NCBI RefSeq assembly: GCF_006345805.1
Contig: NW_021833003.1
Span: 1-59,896, forward strand
Length of the DNA: 59,896 bases
Reading direction: 5' to 3'
Source of the DNA: Octopus sinensis
Lineage: Eukaryota
The translations under genes were made by a program, and so were the position numbers. Positions 11,326 to 23,820 of this stretch are shown piece after piece. Under the pieces are notes generated by a model that made no database searches, had not been told where the DNA came from, and saw only the letters and a list, made by a program, of their open reading frames with translations. The stretch's first letter is position 1; every line of letters begins with the position of its first letter.

Positions 11326-12514
11326 ATATACATAGATTAGTTGCCTCTGTTTCTTTCTCCCAATCGATATCCGCCTCCACCAATTCACTCCATTTCCCAA
11401 ATTGTCCTCCCACCACGCATATATCATACATGAATTTCTATCTTTGCCTCTGTCTATCTGTCTCTCTCTCTCCCTACCTCTCCCTCCCTCTCCCTTTCTC
11501 ATTGTCTGTACCTTTGTTATTTAATCACGTCCCCTCTCTAATTCCATATATCTGTTCTAGATATCTTTCTCCTTTCCACTTCTCCCTTCTATGCATGCTG
11601 TCTCTTTCTCTCTCATTTCTTCCATTCCTCACTATATATCACCGTCTGCACATCTGGTTGTCTGTCTCGCTATTTCTCTCCCCCTCTCCCCCCCTCTCTC
11701 TCTCTGTTAACCTCTCACATATTTATCTAATCCACCAATCTTTATAATACGTTCTTCCTTTCTTCCAACTCTCTTAGCATATCTTTTCCACATTCCAATA
11801 CGGCAGATAAAAAAAAGTTTGCTAACAAACAGAAAATAACCTGTGGCTTGGTCTTTCACATCCTTGACTCCATTTTAGACTCCTTTACTAGATTTCAAAA
11901 GCTTTTAAAAATTAGTGGCCAGGAAAATACAACAAACCAAAAATACGCCTTTCACAAGAAATAGCAGCCAAGGAAACACCCAAAGTTTTCAAGTTTCTTT
12001 CGCTTGAACTCAGAATTTGAACTCAGAACGTAACAACAGACGAAATACGGCTACGCATTTCGCCCGGCGTGGTAAAGTTTCTGCCAGCTCGTCGCCTTTA
12101 GGCAAAGTAAAATAGTTTTGTAATCTGGGCACAAGGCCAGCAATTTCAGGAGTAGGGATTAAGTCGATTACATCTACTCCAGTAATCAAGTCTTAACAAT
12201 TCAGATTCAATATGAGATCTGGCCGGTCCAGATTTGACAAACAAATTTAAGATACTGTACTTTCTCAAGAAGAGTATGACTACGCTTTAATCAAACATCA
12301 CGATTACATTTGCAACGTTGTTGAAGACTTGGGAAATAATAATGTCATAACAAAGATTCTGAGAATTTTTTAAAAGACAATTTGAAAATTCTCCCCCCAA
12401 AAATGTCAAAAACTATGACCTAGCATACTGACCGTATGAATTATCATGAGAGGAAAATCATAATTATTGTTATAGATAATTTGATAAGAGAAACCATTAT
12501 TATTAAAGTGAGGA

Positions 12515-12930
12515 TAGGCGCAGGAGTGGCTGTGTGGTAAGTAGCTTGCTAACCAACCACATGGTTCCGGGTTCAGTCCCACTGCGTGGCATCTTGGGCA
12601 AGTGTCTTCTGCTATAGCCCCGGGCCGACCCATGCCTTGTGAGTGGATTTGGTAGACGGAAACTGAAAGAAGCCTGTCGTATATATGTATATATATATAT
12701 GTATGTGTGTGTGTGTTTGTGTCTGTGTTTGTCCCCCTAGCACTGCTTGACAACTAATGCTGGTGTGTTTACGTCCCCGTCACTTAGCGGTTCGGCAAAA
12801 AGAGACCGATAGAATAAGTACTGGGCTTACAAAGAATAAGTCCCGGGGTCGATTTGCTCGACTAAAGGCGGTGCTCCAGCATGGCCGCAGTCAAATGACT
12901 GAAACAGGTAAAAGAGAGAAAAGAGAAAGA
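12515..12930 (+). mobile_element. SINE family B, full length
   Basis: TAGGCGCAGGAGTGGCTGTGTGGTAAG (A box), GGTTCAGTCCC (B box-like), internal (AT)/(GT) tract, tail ending CAGTCAAATGACTGAAAC.GTAAAAGA. Confidence 0.9.
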
Positions 12931-13799
12931 TATCATTGTTATGAACCAGTTTTTTCTTATTGATAAATAGTACAATTTTCTGAAAGATGCAAATAAACGT
13001 ACGTAGTTTCTTTTAAACAATGATGTGATATGAAAATTAACAATGGCGGATATTTTGCTTAGAAGATGGCTTCTGTGTGCCGAGAGCACCAAATCAATAC
13101 AATTTATTGCTTTTGTTGCAAAGTTTTTGACTTCTCAATTAAGTCATTTTTTAAGAAAATCTGGAATTAATGACTGGAAGAACGCTCGTGAATATTTGCA
13201 GTCACTTGAAAATTCAATACATCTATTGGAATGTTTGAAGAAATAGCCCGAGACTTCACTGCGAAAGCAGACTAATAAAAATAGTAGAAGCAATCACATG
13301 TGGCAAAAAAAAAAAGAACGATAGCATTGGAGCGTTTAATGGGTATTAGTCCGTATTTAACTACTGAAACTTCAGCCAAATTACTTACTTTGCGCACAGG
13401 GAAGGTCTTTTTCTTTTTCTTTTTTAGATCTTACTAAGCTACTTGGAAGATTTGTAATGGCGATGAACAAACATTCATGTCGCTGTATGTCTAAAGAAAC
13501 TTATTTTCACTGTGGCGGGAGAAAAATGTTTAGAATGGAACAATCAATTTGTTGCTGTTTAGGAAAATATATTAAACGGATTAAAGAAGCCATACATTTC
13601 AGTTTTATCTCAGACTGTATTGCTAGATTTGTCATGAAGAGAAGTTTTTAGTTACACTTGGATTTTTAGACGTAGAAGGTATTTCAATGAAGCAACTTTT
13701 CGTGAGCTATGAATCGGTTATAGATATCTTTACTGACAGAGGGTTTTACGAATTTTGATTTTCTGAGAGGGAGAGAGATAGACCGAGAGAGAGAGATAG

Positions 13800-13858
<59 letters not shown>

Positions 13859-14389
13859 TAATTACTTAACTGCAAAGATCAGGCAACGATAATGGTTCGA
13901 ATATGAAACCTAACAAAGAAGTAGACCAGGCGCGATTCATGAAGACAAATTCACGGCCGTTAAAAATGTGTATGTCATAAGCTGGGTTTGAACCTAGTAG
14001 TTGGTGATAGTGCAACAAACTGCCGAGTATCCATTTCTTGTTTTTTTTTTCCTTTATTTGTTCATTTATTTTTTAAAATTTATTTTACTGACCAACGCTT
14101 ATACGTTTTATTTTCTGCATTTTGTGGACGATGATATGTACTAGAAGGATTTTTTCATGCATGCCTCGTTTCAACATCTTTTAGCGAGATTAGACGAGAG
14201 TGCAAATTAGTATGTGTCGCAAGGACTTATAAGAATCCAAGAAGCCTTTTGTAAAACTTTCAGAAATGCCTGCCTCGGCTTCTACAGTCAAATATTAAGT
14301 GGAGCCATTTCAACCACAAATAAATTACAGTTTTCTAGTAATGATGAATGTCTGGTATGATGTCTTAGGCTGAGTAAAATATGGATTTC

Positions 14390-14958
14390 AAATTTTGGCA
14401 AAAGGCCAGCAATTTCGAGAGAAGGGTAAATCGATTACATCGACCCCAGGGCTCAACTGGTACTTATTTTATCCACTCCGAAAGGATGACAGGCAAAGTC
14501 GACCGCGGAAAATTTTGAACTCAAAACGTAACGACGAACGAAATACCTATTTCTTTACTACCGACAAGGGGCTAAACACAGAGAGGACAGACAAGGACAG
14601 ACAAACCGATTAAGTCAATTACATCGACCCCAGTGCGTAACTGGTACTTAATTTATCGACCCCGAAAAGATGAAAGGCAAAGTCGACCTCGGCGGAATTT
14701 GAATTCAGAACGTAACGGCAGACGAAATACGGCTACGCATTTCGCCCGGCGTGGTAACGTTTCTGCCAGCTCGTCGCCTTTAGGCAAAGTAAAATAGTTT
14801 TCTAATTTTCGCACTAGGCCAGCAATTTTAGGAGTAGGGATTGAGTCGATTACATCTACTCCAGTAATCAACTAGCACTTGCTTTATCGACCCCGAAAGT
14901 ATAAAAAGTAAAGTCGACCATGGCGAAATTTGAACTCTGAACGTAAAGTTGGACGAAC
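14390..14958 (-). mobile_element. Nested SINE family A copies
   Basis: Three overlapping or adjacent minus-strand copies, including a full one at about 14545-14779. Confidence 0.85.
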
Positions 14959-16123
14959 AGGCAAAGTAAAATATCGTCAGTAAAACCATGCAGAAATGTT
15001 TCTGTGGAACTGTCTACTGCAGTCTTATCACTGCAGTCTCATTACTGCACTAATTACTTAATTCATTATCAAGTAATTAGATATTAAAGAGCACAAGTAT
15101 CAGTGAGAGAATTAATTATAAAATTTGGCGTAAATAAAACAAGAACCGGTTTGAATATGAATGCATTGATAAGATTTCAAATACAGGTAACCCAGGAAGA
15201 GGATTTTTTTTTAATCATATGTTCAATACAACATTTGATATAGCTTTTAATTTTTTGCCAAAAAGATTTGAAGAGTTTTAACACGTAGGATTTTTAAATA
15301 ACAAAAGATCATGTTATAACATTCAGGTTCAACAGTTTGATCACAGATTATGAAAAATGAGAGAAAGTGAGAAAAAATATCGAAAGAATATCATTTTAGA
15401 AGTTAGACAAAATTTGTAAAAATGCGCTTTGTAAGAAGCTAGAATGAACCAAAGGATTTAAAGTTATTAAGAATATTTATGAATTAACATTAAGAAAACA
15501 ATAACATGAAGTTATTGGACTTCAGATTCAAGATTCGAAAAACGTTTTTACTCTTAAAGAATCTTAAAGGTATTTTTGTTTTAAAAAATATAAACTTAGA
15601 GACTTATCAAAATTTTAATCTAGTTAATGAAGTGAAAATGATAAATCGCTCAGGAGAGAAAGGAAAAAAACGATTTTCTATTTAGCAATTTATTGTAATT
15701 ATTCTAAACAACTCCAAATTAATTTTTAATTTCAATTCTAACTGCTTAATCATTTCGAGTGATTAACCAATTAAGGACTTATAAATCTTAGATGGCAGCT
15801 GAAAGTGACTGTTGTAAAACAACTAAAGTTCTCTCACTACGTCATGTAACCGACACTCCATGCAGACGTAGTGATCTTTTCAACTTCCATCAAGGAAGTA
15901 ATGAAGTGACGATGGGCTGGGCCTTGGGAACAACATATAGGAAAAGCTGTGAAATACCAGAAAATTCGTTGACTATTGGGAGCTGTTGGAGCAGAGCTGA
16001 AGACAGGGCTTGCATGCTTGCTGCAAGCCAACTAAGTTGGGTTAAAAAGGACTTAGAATTAATGCCTTTATAAACTTCACTAGCTCAGATATCTAACTCG
16101 CCTTTCCGCTGGTCTGTTTGTGT

Positions 16124-16507
16124 TGGAAGCACTCCGTCGGTTATGACGACGAGGGTTCCGGTTGATCCGAATCAACGGAACAACCTGCTCGTGAAATTAA
16201 CGTGTAAGTGGCTGAGCACTCCACAGACACGTGTACCCTTAACGCAGTTCTCGGGGATATTCAGCGTGACACAGAGAGTGACAAGGCCGGCCCTTTTGAA
16301 ATACAGGTACAACAGAAACAGGAAGTAAGAGTGAGAGAAAGTTGTGGTGAAAGAGTACAGCAGGGATCACCACCATCCCCTGCCGGAGCCTCGTGGAGCT
16401 TTAGGTGTTTTCGCTCAATAAACACTCACAACGTCCGGTCTGGGAATCGAAACCGCGATCCTATGACCGCGAGTCCGCTGCCCTAACCACTGGGCCATTG
16501 CGCCTCC
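16124..16507 (-). mobile_element. SINE family C, full length (~380 bp)
   Basis: Reverse complement of GGAGGCGCAATGGCCCAGTGGTTAGGGCAGCGGACTCGCGGTC...CCGACGGAGTGCTTCCA. tRNA-like head with A and B boxes. Confidence 0.92.
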
Positions 16508-16729
16508 GCGGTCCGTTTGTAGCAGCTATTTGGCATTGCTTCTTCGCATTATTATCGTGCAGCTTCAACGAATCAATCGCCACCTCTTTGCCATCGTAGG
16601 AGCACCACACGAACGCCTTCATAAACCCACAGAATGTCAAGAAGCAGGCGCCCTTTTCTGATGGGAAAAAACAAATAAAAGTATATGCATGCATGGCAAT
16701 AACGTACCCACTTCAGCCTTGGCAAATAC

Positions 16730-17385
16730 GTAGCACTTTGTTGTAGACAATGTTTCTTGTCTTCCCCCGACGTGTTAATGGGAACAGTCTGTCTCTACTG
16801 CCGACTCTGGAGCATGCAATGTACAGCTGGCCGTGGTTAATGGACTTGATGGAATGGCAAAACTCCACGTTGATGTGGGCACCGAACGTCTTCGAAAGAA
16901 GCGGTGAATACGGTACAACGCATCTGTTGTCAACTTCATGTTGTCAAAATTTCAGGGCAAATCTACCGCCTGCAGGTTGGCGCCGACTGTACTGAGGGTA
17001 TCCATCTACGCCAGTTTGTGTTTCCTTCAGAAATGTTTTTGGAAACTTCTTACAGCAAATATTGTTGCTCAAGCAAGGGGAGCCTAAATTGAATCCGCGC
17101 CCACATGGTCCCTGGATCATGGTGGCCTTGTAGATGGGTTTGGAATCTCGGCAGAGATAATCTTGTCAATATCGTTGGAGGGTATTTTTTACGGAGAGCC
17201 AGATTAGAATGTGAGCGTGTGGTAGGCCTCTCTTTTGCCATTCAACAGTATACGTATCACATCTAACGGGGCCAAATATTTACCCTTCCTTAAGTTTGAT
17301 AAGCTTCAACCGGATGACTCGCGCTAGGAGGTCATGACGGTCGTTCGCATGCTGGCCTGGAAACAATTCATTGTTCTTCTGTAGT
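16730..17385 (-). pseudogene. Helitron RepHel remnant (Rep domain fused to helicase C-terminus)
   Basis: LFPGQHANDRHDLLARV, EWQKRGLPHAHILIWL (HUH motif, 17196-17243), IISAEIPNP, GPCG..PC, DGYPQY, VDNRCVVPYSP..AHINVEFCHSIKSI, then directly NHGQLYIACSRV...TRNIVYNKVL. Confidence 0.9.
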
Positions 17386-18630
17386 TCAATTTCAGTCTTC
17401 CGGTCATCCGCTGAGTACTGCGATGCCATGAAACTCTTTGGGTCAAACTGCAACTGTGTACCGAGTTTGGTTGAAATCGGACGACTTTTTGAAAAAATCG
17501 ATAATTATCGATCAAGTTTTTGCGAAAGCCGAACATTGATCGAAGCAGTTGTTATGACTAAAACATGCCTTAGAGCATACTTAATGTATATCTGAAATTT
17601 CAATCGAATCGGTCGGGTGGTTCAGCGGTTTGGCCCGGCTTCACCTGAAAGCACTTGTACACAGGAACCGTAAACAGCGCAAGAATATAACTTCTTGAAG
17701 GACAGCTTGGGTATTGATTTTATTCAAGAGGTGACCAAGGCTATTGCTTTAACAATGTCACGCCCCAAACCGTCTTTTCTCAAGTGTAAGGCCTCGTGTT
17801 TCCGCAGTTTCATGGTAATTTATTAAGAGCCGTGCAACGCCGGTTACTACTGCTAGTGAAATGGATGAACAAAGTAGTAAGTACTTACCAGTAGCTTGTG
17901 CAGTGCAGAGACTGTTATTGCTTTAACTATCTCATGCTACTCATAGAAATCGCTTTCATTTATTGCAATGGAAAACCTCAGTGCCGGATGTTTACTGTTA
18001 TTGGCAGTGGCTATTTTGAGGCCACGTGGGGTCACAATGTGTGTGCACACCATGGTGGAGATTAATTGTATCGGAGAAGGAATGGGGTCAGTGTTCTGAG
18101 AAAAACAAATCAGGAGCTACCTCAACGAAGGCATTTTGTTCGAATTAGGGTTAGGGTTAGGGTTAGTTTGTTGAATTGTACTCAAACAAAGCGCAATTTA
18201 ATAAAATGAACCATGGCATAAGACTCGTTGGATGAATTTGAATTCGTTTATCGAGTTTGGTTTAAATCGACTCAATGGTTCCGGCGCTATGGCTTGCCTT
18301 AAAGGCATTTTTTGAGTCGGTTTTCCCCGTGCGGTGCTCAAACGAAACGGAATTTGAAACGAAAAACCTTGGGTAAGAATGCATAGGTATGTCAAGTTTG
18401 ATCAAAATCGGATGACTTTTTGAAAAAAAATCGATAATTATCGATCGAGTTTTTGCGAAAACCGAACATTGATCGAAGCAGTTGTTATGACTAAAACATG
18501 CCTCGCAACATATCAAATGCATATCTGAAATTTCAATCGAATCGGTTAAGTGGAACTCGAGTTATAAACCTTCGAACTTGCTCACACACACATACACACA
18601 GAGTTTCTGTTTTATATATATATATATATA
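17386..18630 (-). mobile_element. Probable non-coding 5' portion of the same Helitron, with internal duplication
   Basis: ~160-bp direct repeat at 17461-17620 and 18391-18553. A TATATATATAAAACAGAAACTCTGTGTG terminus resembles the 5' ends of the other Helitrons here. A plus-strand hairpin+CTAG end at 17830-17856 suggests nesting. Confidence 0.45.
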
Positions 18631-18631
18631 C

Positions 18632-18666
<35 letters not shown>

Positions 18667-18672
18667 TGTATG

Positions 18673-18703
<31 letters not shown>

Positions 18704-19213
18704 GTATATATTTGTGTGTGTGTCCGTGTTCGTCCCCCCACTCACCGATGCTGGCGTGTTCACATCTCCGTAACTTAGCGGTTCGACAAAAGAGACCGAT
18801 AGAATAAGTCCTGGGATCGATTTGTTCGATTAAAGGTGGTGGTCCAGCATGGCTGGAGTCAAATGACTGAAACAAGTAAAAGAATAAAAGAAAAATATAT
18901 ATACCCATGTCTTGATGTTTATTATTCTTGTTTGGATTACCAATCTGATACTGTAAAAATAGTTATAGAAAATGCTATGAAAATATTTGCAAATCTAAAA
19001 TTGAGGGAAAAAATGTTTTAGCTATGATAATGTTTAATGTTCAACATCTGGGTTTTTGGTTTTTTTTTTAAAAATCATATCCTTCAATATATTGAAAGAA
19101 AATATGTTACATCTACAGACGCAGAGCAAAGGAACCGTTCGGATTTTCTCACTACCAATTCTTCACTCAATGTAAAATAATGTACCAAGATCATTGCCAT
19201 TAACATAGATGCA

Positions 19214-19278
<65 letters not shown>

Positions 19279-19477
19279 AATTACTAATAAGATTTGAAAC
19301 TGATGCCGTATTTGATCTGTGCTCTTAGCCTGTTTGTAAATTGTAATAAACGCTTCTTTGTTTGTATGTTATTGTTTCTCTGGAAATTTTTTATAATTAT
19401 ATTTCTAAGAGCCCCCGACATTCAGTTTGTTCAGGGTAGCATCAGGCCAAGAGCCACCCTACCTACCGCCAAGCCTT

Positions 19478-19934
19478 TGTAACGAGAGTCAAACTTGAGT
19501 CGCCATATTACGAACTTCAAGTCATGACATCGGTCGACTCTTTCGCGCGTTAGTCTCAGATATCAGCCAATCAGTGGCTACTTTTCACGCGATAGTTTTT
19601 CCAGAGCCTTCTAGATTGTTCTCCTAATAAACCTACAAAGGAAGTTGGTTTTAGGCGCCAAACTTCAGTGTATGTGAAGAGGCGATCCCTTACACACTCC
19701 TTCTTGCATGATCGCTCCAACGACTGCATGCTCATCCTGTTTTGCGTTATATGATGGCAGACATGAAGCGACGTGCTTAATCCACCCCTTGTGCTAAGCT
19801 TTTGTATCCGGCTACCTTGCATGTTGTATTATGTTTCTTACATCTTGTACAGTGTAAATAAAATCATATCTAAATATTCGCAAGGTGTTGTTAAATCATT
19901 CACACGCAGTCTCAGCAAACATCATCTGGCAACA
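19478..19934 (+). mobile_element. Candidate solo LTR
   Basis: TGTAAC...GCAACA termini, CCAAT (AGCCAATCAG) and AATAAA near 19857. Flanks CCTT/CTTT are an imperfect 4-bp TSD. Confidence 0.4.
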
Positions 19935-20112
19935 CTTTATTTTTCGAATTTTCGGTAAATTTACATCTTGAAACTTTATACCAAAATAAGCATCATATGC
20001 TTCTTTCACAGTCAGTAACATTTTTCTTGTAAGATGTATATAACAGATTCATGACCAGGAATCGAAAGCTAGGTCATTACGTTCGTTTCCTTTATTCTCT
20101 GAAAATTGAGTA

Positions 20113-20496
20113 GAGGCGCAATGGCCCAGTGGTTAGGGCAGCGGACTCGCGGTCATAGGATCGCGGTTTCGATTCTCAGACCGGGCGTTGTGAGTGTTTA
20201 TTGAGCGAAAACACCTAAAAGCTCCACGAGGCTCCGGCAGGGGATGGTGGTGATCCCTGCTGTACTCTTTCACCACAACTTTCTCTCACTCTTACTTCCT
20301 GTTTCTGTTATACCTGTATTTCAAAAGGGCCGGCTTTGTCACTCTCTGTGTCACGCTGAATATCCCCGAGAACTACGTTAAGGGTGCACGTGTCTGTGGA
20401 GTGCTCAGCCACTTACACGTTAATTTCACGAGCAGGCTGTTCCGTTGATTCGGATCAACCGGAACCCTCGTCGTCGTAACCGACGGAGTGCTTCCA
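20113..20496 (+). mobile_element. SINE family C, full length
   Basis: Near-identical to the other family C copies. TSD TCTCTGAAAATTG on both sides. Confidence 0.93.
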
Positions 20497-21465
20497 GTCT
20501 CTGAAAATTGTACACTGAAAAGCCATTTGTCCAAATTATCAGAAATTTGCCATTATCTCAGGTAAAACTAAAGGTGAACCTAGATAAACTTGATTCACTT
20601 TCAATCTCGGTGACCTAATTCAGCTTTTGAGTTGGATGCATATTGGCGATTTGTGAGAAAAAATATGTAGTTTCTTTCTTTGAGATCCAGACAGTATGTC
20701 ACCGAGACCAGTTCTCACAAACACTCAAACAAATACTTTCCTTACAACCTTTGAACTCTTTCATTTCTTTATTTTATTTTTCACACATTTATTGATAGAC
20801 TGCAGTAAGGATATTGCACTTAACAGACTGTTATTCACAATACCAACATTTGTATTATTTTTTTAACTCTTTGCAGTTGTGTTTTGTTTAAGTAACAATT
20901 GAATGAAATCTGCAAAGTTATTAACAGATAACATTTCGTTACTTCATTCAATGCATCCAGTAATTATTGAGATCTTACATTTTTTTTTACTTAACGAAGA
21001 GCATTCATTACAAAGTGAACAGAATGCTTTAGAATTGTTTAAGCAACTTCTCCGTGATGAGCTCATATTAATCTTAATCTGCAAGAAAGATAAGATTATG
21101 TTAAGATTAGATCATATACATCTTTAAGAAAAATTACTAGATTGGATAAAAGCAGCGTTAAGATAAACATGACCTTTCTTTATCTTTCAGTAACTTAAAG
21201 TTTTTTTGGTGGGGTGGGGCAGATGGTATCTCAAAAAGTAAACTCAATTTGGCAAAACTAATGCCATTTTCAGATTCAGCACCCGAAAATACTCTGAAGT
21301 CATTCAAATATTTTTGGCAACTGTTGATAGTTTGTATTTATTCAAATCAATGATCTACATGTTTGTACCCACTATTAACCACCACCATCACAACAATAAC
21401 AACAATAACAACGACAACGATGACAGTAAAAAAAAACAACAACATAGTAACATTGGTGTTGTTGT

Positions 21466-21660
21466 AACAGTTAAATAATCTCTGTAAACTTGCTGGCTTA
21501 ATTATAACGGCAAATTTAGTCTGCTTTAACGAACCCTTTACATAAGATTATCCAGCTATGTTCATCGAGGCTTGAAATATCTTCATTTTAATCTCTTGTA
21601 AAAACATCTGTTTTGGCAACACGTGTAGAACTTTCACTGTCATGGCCAGATATTGCAGAA
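21466..21660. repeat. ~195-bp unclassified dispersed repeat, copy 3
   Basis: Co-linear with 2603-2800 and 7365-7555. Confidence 0.8.
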
Positions 21661-22125
21661 TGAAGACAAGGTTATGCAGATGTGTATGAATGTGTGTCTG
21701 CGTATGCATGTATATGTGCATATGTAACAGAAAAGGAATGAAAGAAAGAAAGAAAGGAAGGAGGGAAGAAAGAAAGAAAGAATGAAAGAAATGGTGATGT
21801 TTATTGATAAATGTTAACCTATTTCGTTGGATATGGCGGGGAAATGAGAGGAAACAGACGAGAGGAGAGGATTCTGTTAAGCTGATAGGGATTTGGGGAG
21901 GTAACAACAGTGAGGGGGGAGAGAGGAATTTAGAGGCTAAAAGAGAGTAGAGAGAAAATAGATGGACGATTGAGGGATCGAGAGAAAGGGGGAAAGATTA
22001 ACGAAAGGAAATAAAGAGGAAGGATATTGCCAATGGTGATAATGATAAATAATGGTGGTACTTATATATTATAAATCATCTCAAGTTCATTACCGAGTAA
22101 GATTTCTTAGGGTGTACGATAGCGT

Positions 22126-22209
<84 letters not shown>

Positions 22210-22687
22210 GCAAACACATGTATACTCACACTCATACACAGTTGTACGGAAAAACATACATAGAAACAAGCCAATAGAAAGTTGTCCTTTTTTTTTTTTT
22301 TTGAAGTTCATGTCTTCTTGGTTTTGCTGTATTCATACTATTGCTGCTGTTGCTGTTACTACTATTACCATCACAGCAATTACTACACTACCAGAACTAT
22401 CCCCACCACCACCACCACCACCACTACCACTACCACTACCACCACCACCAACAACAACAAAACAATTACCATTATAACCATCACTACTACTACTACCATC
22501 AATTACACCACCACGATCTCCACTGATTCCACTAACATTGCAACACCACTACTATTACTATTAAACATCAAACGTGCTTATAGATGGTAACTGGAACTTG
22601 TTTCAGTGTACAGTCACTGGAATCTTGCATTAATATCAGGGTACGTATCTTCTATACAGCGTAATATATAATATATATATTTATATA

Positions 22688-22744
<57 letters not shown>

Positions 22745-22767
22745 TATTATTATTATTATTATTGTTG

Positions 22768-22806
<39 letters not shown>

Positions 22807-22809
<3 letters not shown>

Positions 22810-23128
22810 GTTTGACTTTTGCTTTACATTTGTACGAGTTGGCTCCCAAGTCTCACCCAAGAGACCTCAAGAGACAACAAGTTGGAAGTTCATGTTGGTG
22901 TTATGCCCAGGGTGCCATGCATTTGGTTTTGTACTTCGTGTTGTACTAGTGAATTATTAAGAAACCATAAGAAAATTATGTTTGTTTTAAAACTTGAGAT
23001 TACATAGAAAGTATTTTGCGTAGGAGATGAGCAGTTCCCATGAGCACTATCTTTTGAATTTCTGCCATTTTTGGGGTTCCCTTGGATCTGAGCTAGGTAG
23101 CAATCAGCCCCTTTTACTATCATTCCCA
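22807..23128 (-). mobile_element. 3' end of an R4/Dong-like RLE non-LTR retrotransposon
   Basis: Frameshift-corrected C-terminus GMIVKGADCYLAQI.GNPKMAEIQKIVLMGTAHLLRKIL plus 3' UTR. Embedded in (TAA)n on both sides. Confidence 0.7.
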
Positions 23129-23156
23129 TATTATTATTATTATATTATTATTATTA

Positions 23157-23187
<31 letters not shown>

Positions 23188-23326
23188 TTATTATTATTAT
23201 TTATCTATTTATATTTATTTATTATTTTTTGCATACCACCAGTTTTTTGCGACGTTACTGACCATTTAGTCAGTGTTAATCTATATCGGTTTGACAATAT
23301 TTCGGTCAAGCATTCGGTGATTGGTT

Positions 23327-23378
23327 GACTGCTGCTGACGAGACAAAAAGTACGCCGAAATCACATGATGCAACAGTC
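23327..23378 (+). ncRNA. Candidate minimal type I hammerhead ribozyme
   Basis: GACTGCTG-CTGACGA-GAC..-GAAA-TCACATGA-..CAACAGTC, with core boxes, a palindromic stem III and a stem I that pairs GACTG/CAGTC. Confidence 0.45.
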
Positions 23379-23522
23379 ACATTCACCGGTGTGCTGACAA
23401 AGCTGCGTCTGCCGATATAATCTGCGCTATTTAGCACTTAACGTCTATACGAGATGAATGGCCAGAACGACTGATGCTTACGGCTTTTAAAGTAACACAT
23501 CCATATTAAGTTAGATGTGCAA

Positions 23523-23820
23523 ATATATATATATAAAAGTGAAGTTGTGTGTCTGTCTCCTACGATTTAGATTCCTAACTACTCCCACATTTTGCGGTGC
23601 AGTGTAACCAAAAACGGGTATCTTACAGTCGTGATTCATATCGAGCCCTTCTGGGTATTAGCGCGCGTCTACGATGAGTCTACGATTTTAAAAAAATTTA
23701 CCATCATTTTTTCCCATTTTTAATGCATTCTTTGCTATTATATAAGGGAAGTAACTCTCTAAAAATGCTTATATAGTTATTTCCCTTACAAACCCGAGCA
23801 ACGCCGGGCGATACTGCTAG
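23523..23820 (+). mobile_element. Non-autonomous Helitron
   Basis: 5' TATATATAAAAGTGAAGTTG; 3' hairpin CCCGAGCAACGCCGGG followed by CTAG|T. Matches 37204-37597. Confidence 0.85.

Larger units (their letters stand above)
12190..15620 (+). pseudogene. Degraded hAT transposase (ZMYM1/P52rIPK-like, TTF zinc finger), interrupted by SINEs and (GA)n
   Basis: Fragments in the expected order: RRWLL..ESTKS.YCFCCK, GINDWKN..EYLQSLENS.H, FSFISDC, DQ.NDNGSNMK, LNLVVGDSA, QRLYVLFS, FLVMMNVWYDVL, VNIVSKTMQ, KRFEEF. Many stops and frameshifts. Confidence 0.75.

Noticed and set aside
12190-15620. Host ZMYM1/THAP12-like gene
   Set aside because: Intronless, riddled with stops and SINE insertions, consistent with a fossil hAT transposase.
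20113-20190. tRNA genes at SINE 5' ends
   Set aside because: The tRNA-like heads continue into shared SINE bodies with TSDs and do not close a proper acceptor stem.
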